Shown: piece by piece, positions 63,109 through 64,000 of the stretch | Layout of the letters: the number at the start of each line of letters is the position of its first letter | How positions within the stretch are numbered: the stretch's first letter is position 1 | NCBI GenBank assembly: GCA_976551045.1 | Contig: CDPCPM010000037.1 | Span: 17,360,001 to 17,424,000, forward strand | DNA: 64,000 nucleotides | DNA from: Glaucostegus cemiculus | Taxonomy: Eukaryota | Reading direction: 5' to 3' | Made by a program: the position numbers and the translations under genes | Notes under the pieces: generated by a model | Told to the model about the DNA's origin: nothing | The model's database searches: none | Seen by the model: only the letters and a program-made list of their open reading frames with translations

Positions 63109-64000
63109 AGACTCCCAACGTGGAATATGGAAGCCTTTTCTCTGTTCTACAGGAAATCTCTTGTGATGAAGCTCAGAGATAAGTACTTGCTTCTGATGTT
63201 AAGTACTTGCTTCAGAGGTTTGATGTCAGGCATGTGAATGATGTGACCTAAAGCTAGAGATATATGATCAGAGCATGCCAGCGATGGTGGGCTGGGAAAG
63301 AAAGTTGACATTGTTTAATTATATAACCTGAAAATGGAAGTATAGATGCAGCATGCACCAATGTCCATTCATGCCACCTCACTTATGGGAATGCTAGATT
63401 CTTGGTGTCCTTTTTAGTTGAGCCCACTGAAGACCCACCTCATCCAGTAGGGCTGCTGTTCATTGTCTCCAAAATTTGAGACAAAATGAACATGACATTG
63501 GAATGAGCTGTTAACAATAAATTGCCTAGCCTGGCAAAGTGAAAGAATTTACTGTGTTCAAGAGTCTTCACCAGCCTCAATTTCAAGGGAAATATTCATA
63601 AGAATGCCTCAGATAGCAAACAGAATTGTATATTTGTTAATTATTTTAATTGTTTGAGTAATTCCTATCCCTCCATTAGTTGCCTTTCCATTCATTAATT
63701 AGTAAATGAGCATTTTGTCAGAACTGGCTCTATTTTGAAACAAATGAAATGATACAAATTTGGCCCATTTTGCATTTTTGGGCATTCCAAAAGAGTGAAT
63801 AGCTAATTAACCATCTTTGAAGTGCCAGTGCTGAAAGGAAAAACAGAATTGCATGCATAATTGGCCAGATAAAATGATTTTCATGATGTTGATTGAGGGA
63901 TCAAATTGCCCTGGGGATTCCCTTATCCTTCTTCAAAAAAGATCATGATTTTGTTTTACATTCACCTGCTAGGGCAAAGGGATCAGCTACCAATGTCTGA

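Overview
Vertebrate genomic DNA, most likely from a cartilaginous fish (shark or ray), judged from its CR1, Rex/Babar and Penelope-like repeats. The window holds one complete protein-coding gene, YTHDF1 (m6A reader). It lies on the minus strand with 5 coding exons (56703-56677, 56458-56434, 55904-55825, 49439-47913, 37043-37020; 560 aa) and a CpG-island promoter at about 56.3-57.2 kb. A miR-124 hairpin (219-301, +) points towards it, matching the human MIR124-3/YTHDF1 arrangement. The first ~6.4 kb is AT-rich but retains CpG, is nearly repeat-free, and carries candidate host-gene splice sites and neural transcription-factor motif clusters. The rest is intronic or intergenic DNA with decayed retroelements. 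These include Penelope-like elements whose termini carry minimal hammerhead-ribozyme motifs; one forms a TSD-flanked ~100-bp inverted repeat. Almost all short ORFs in the track are non-coding or transposon debris. All calls were made by eye; no searches or folding were run.
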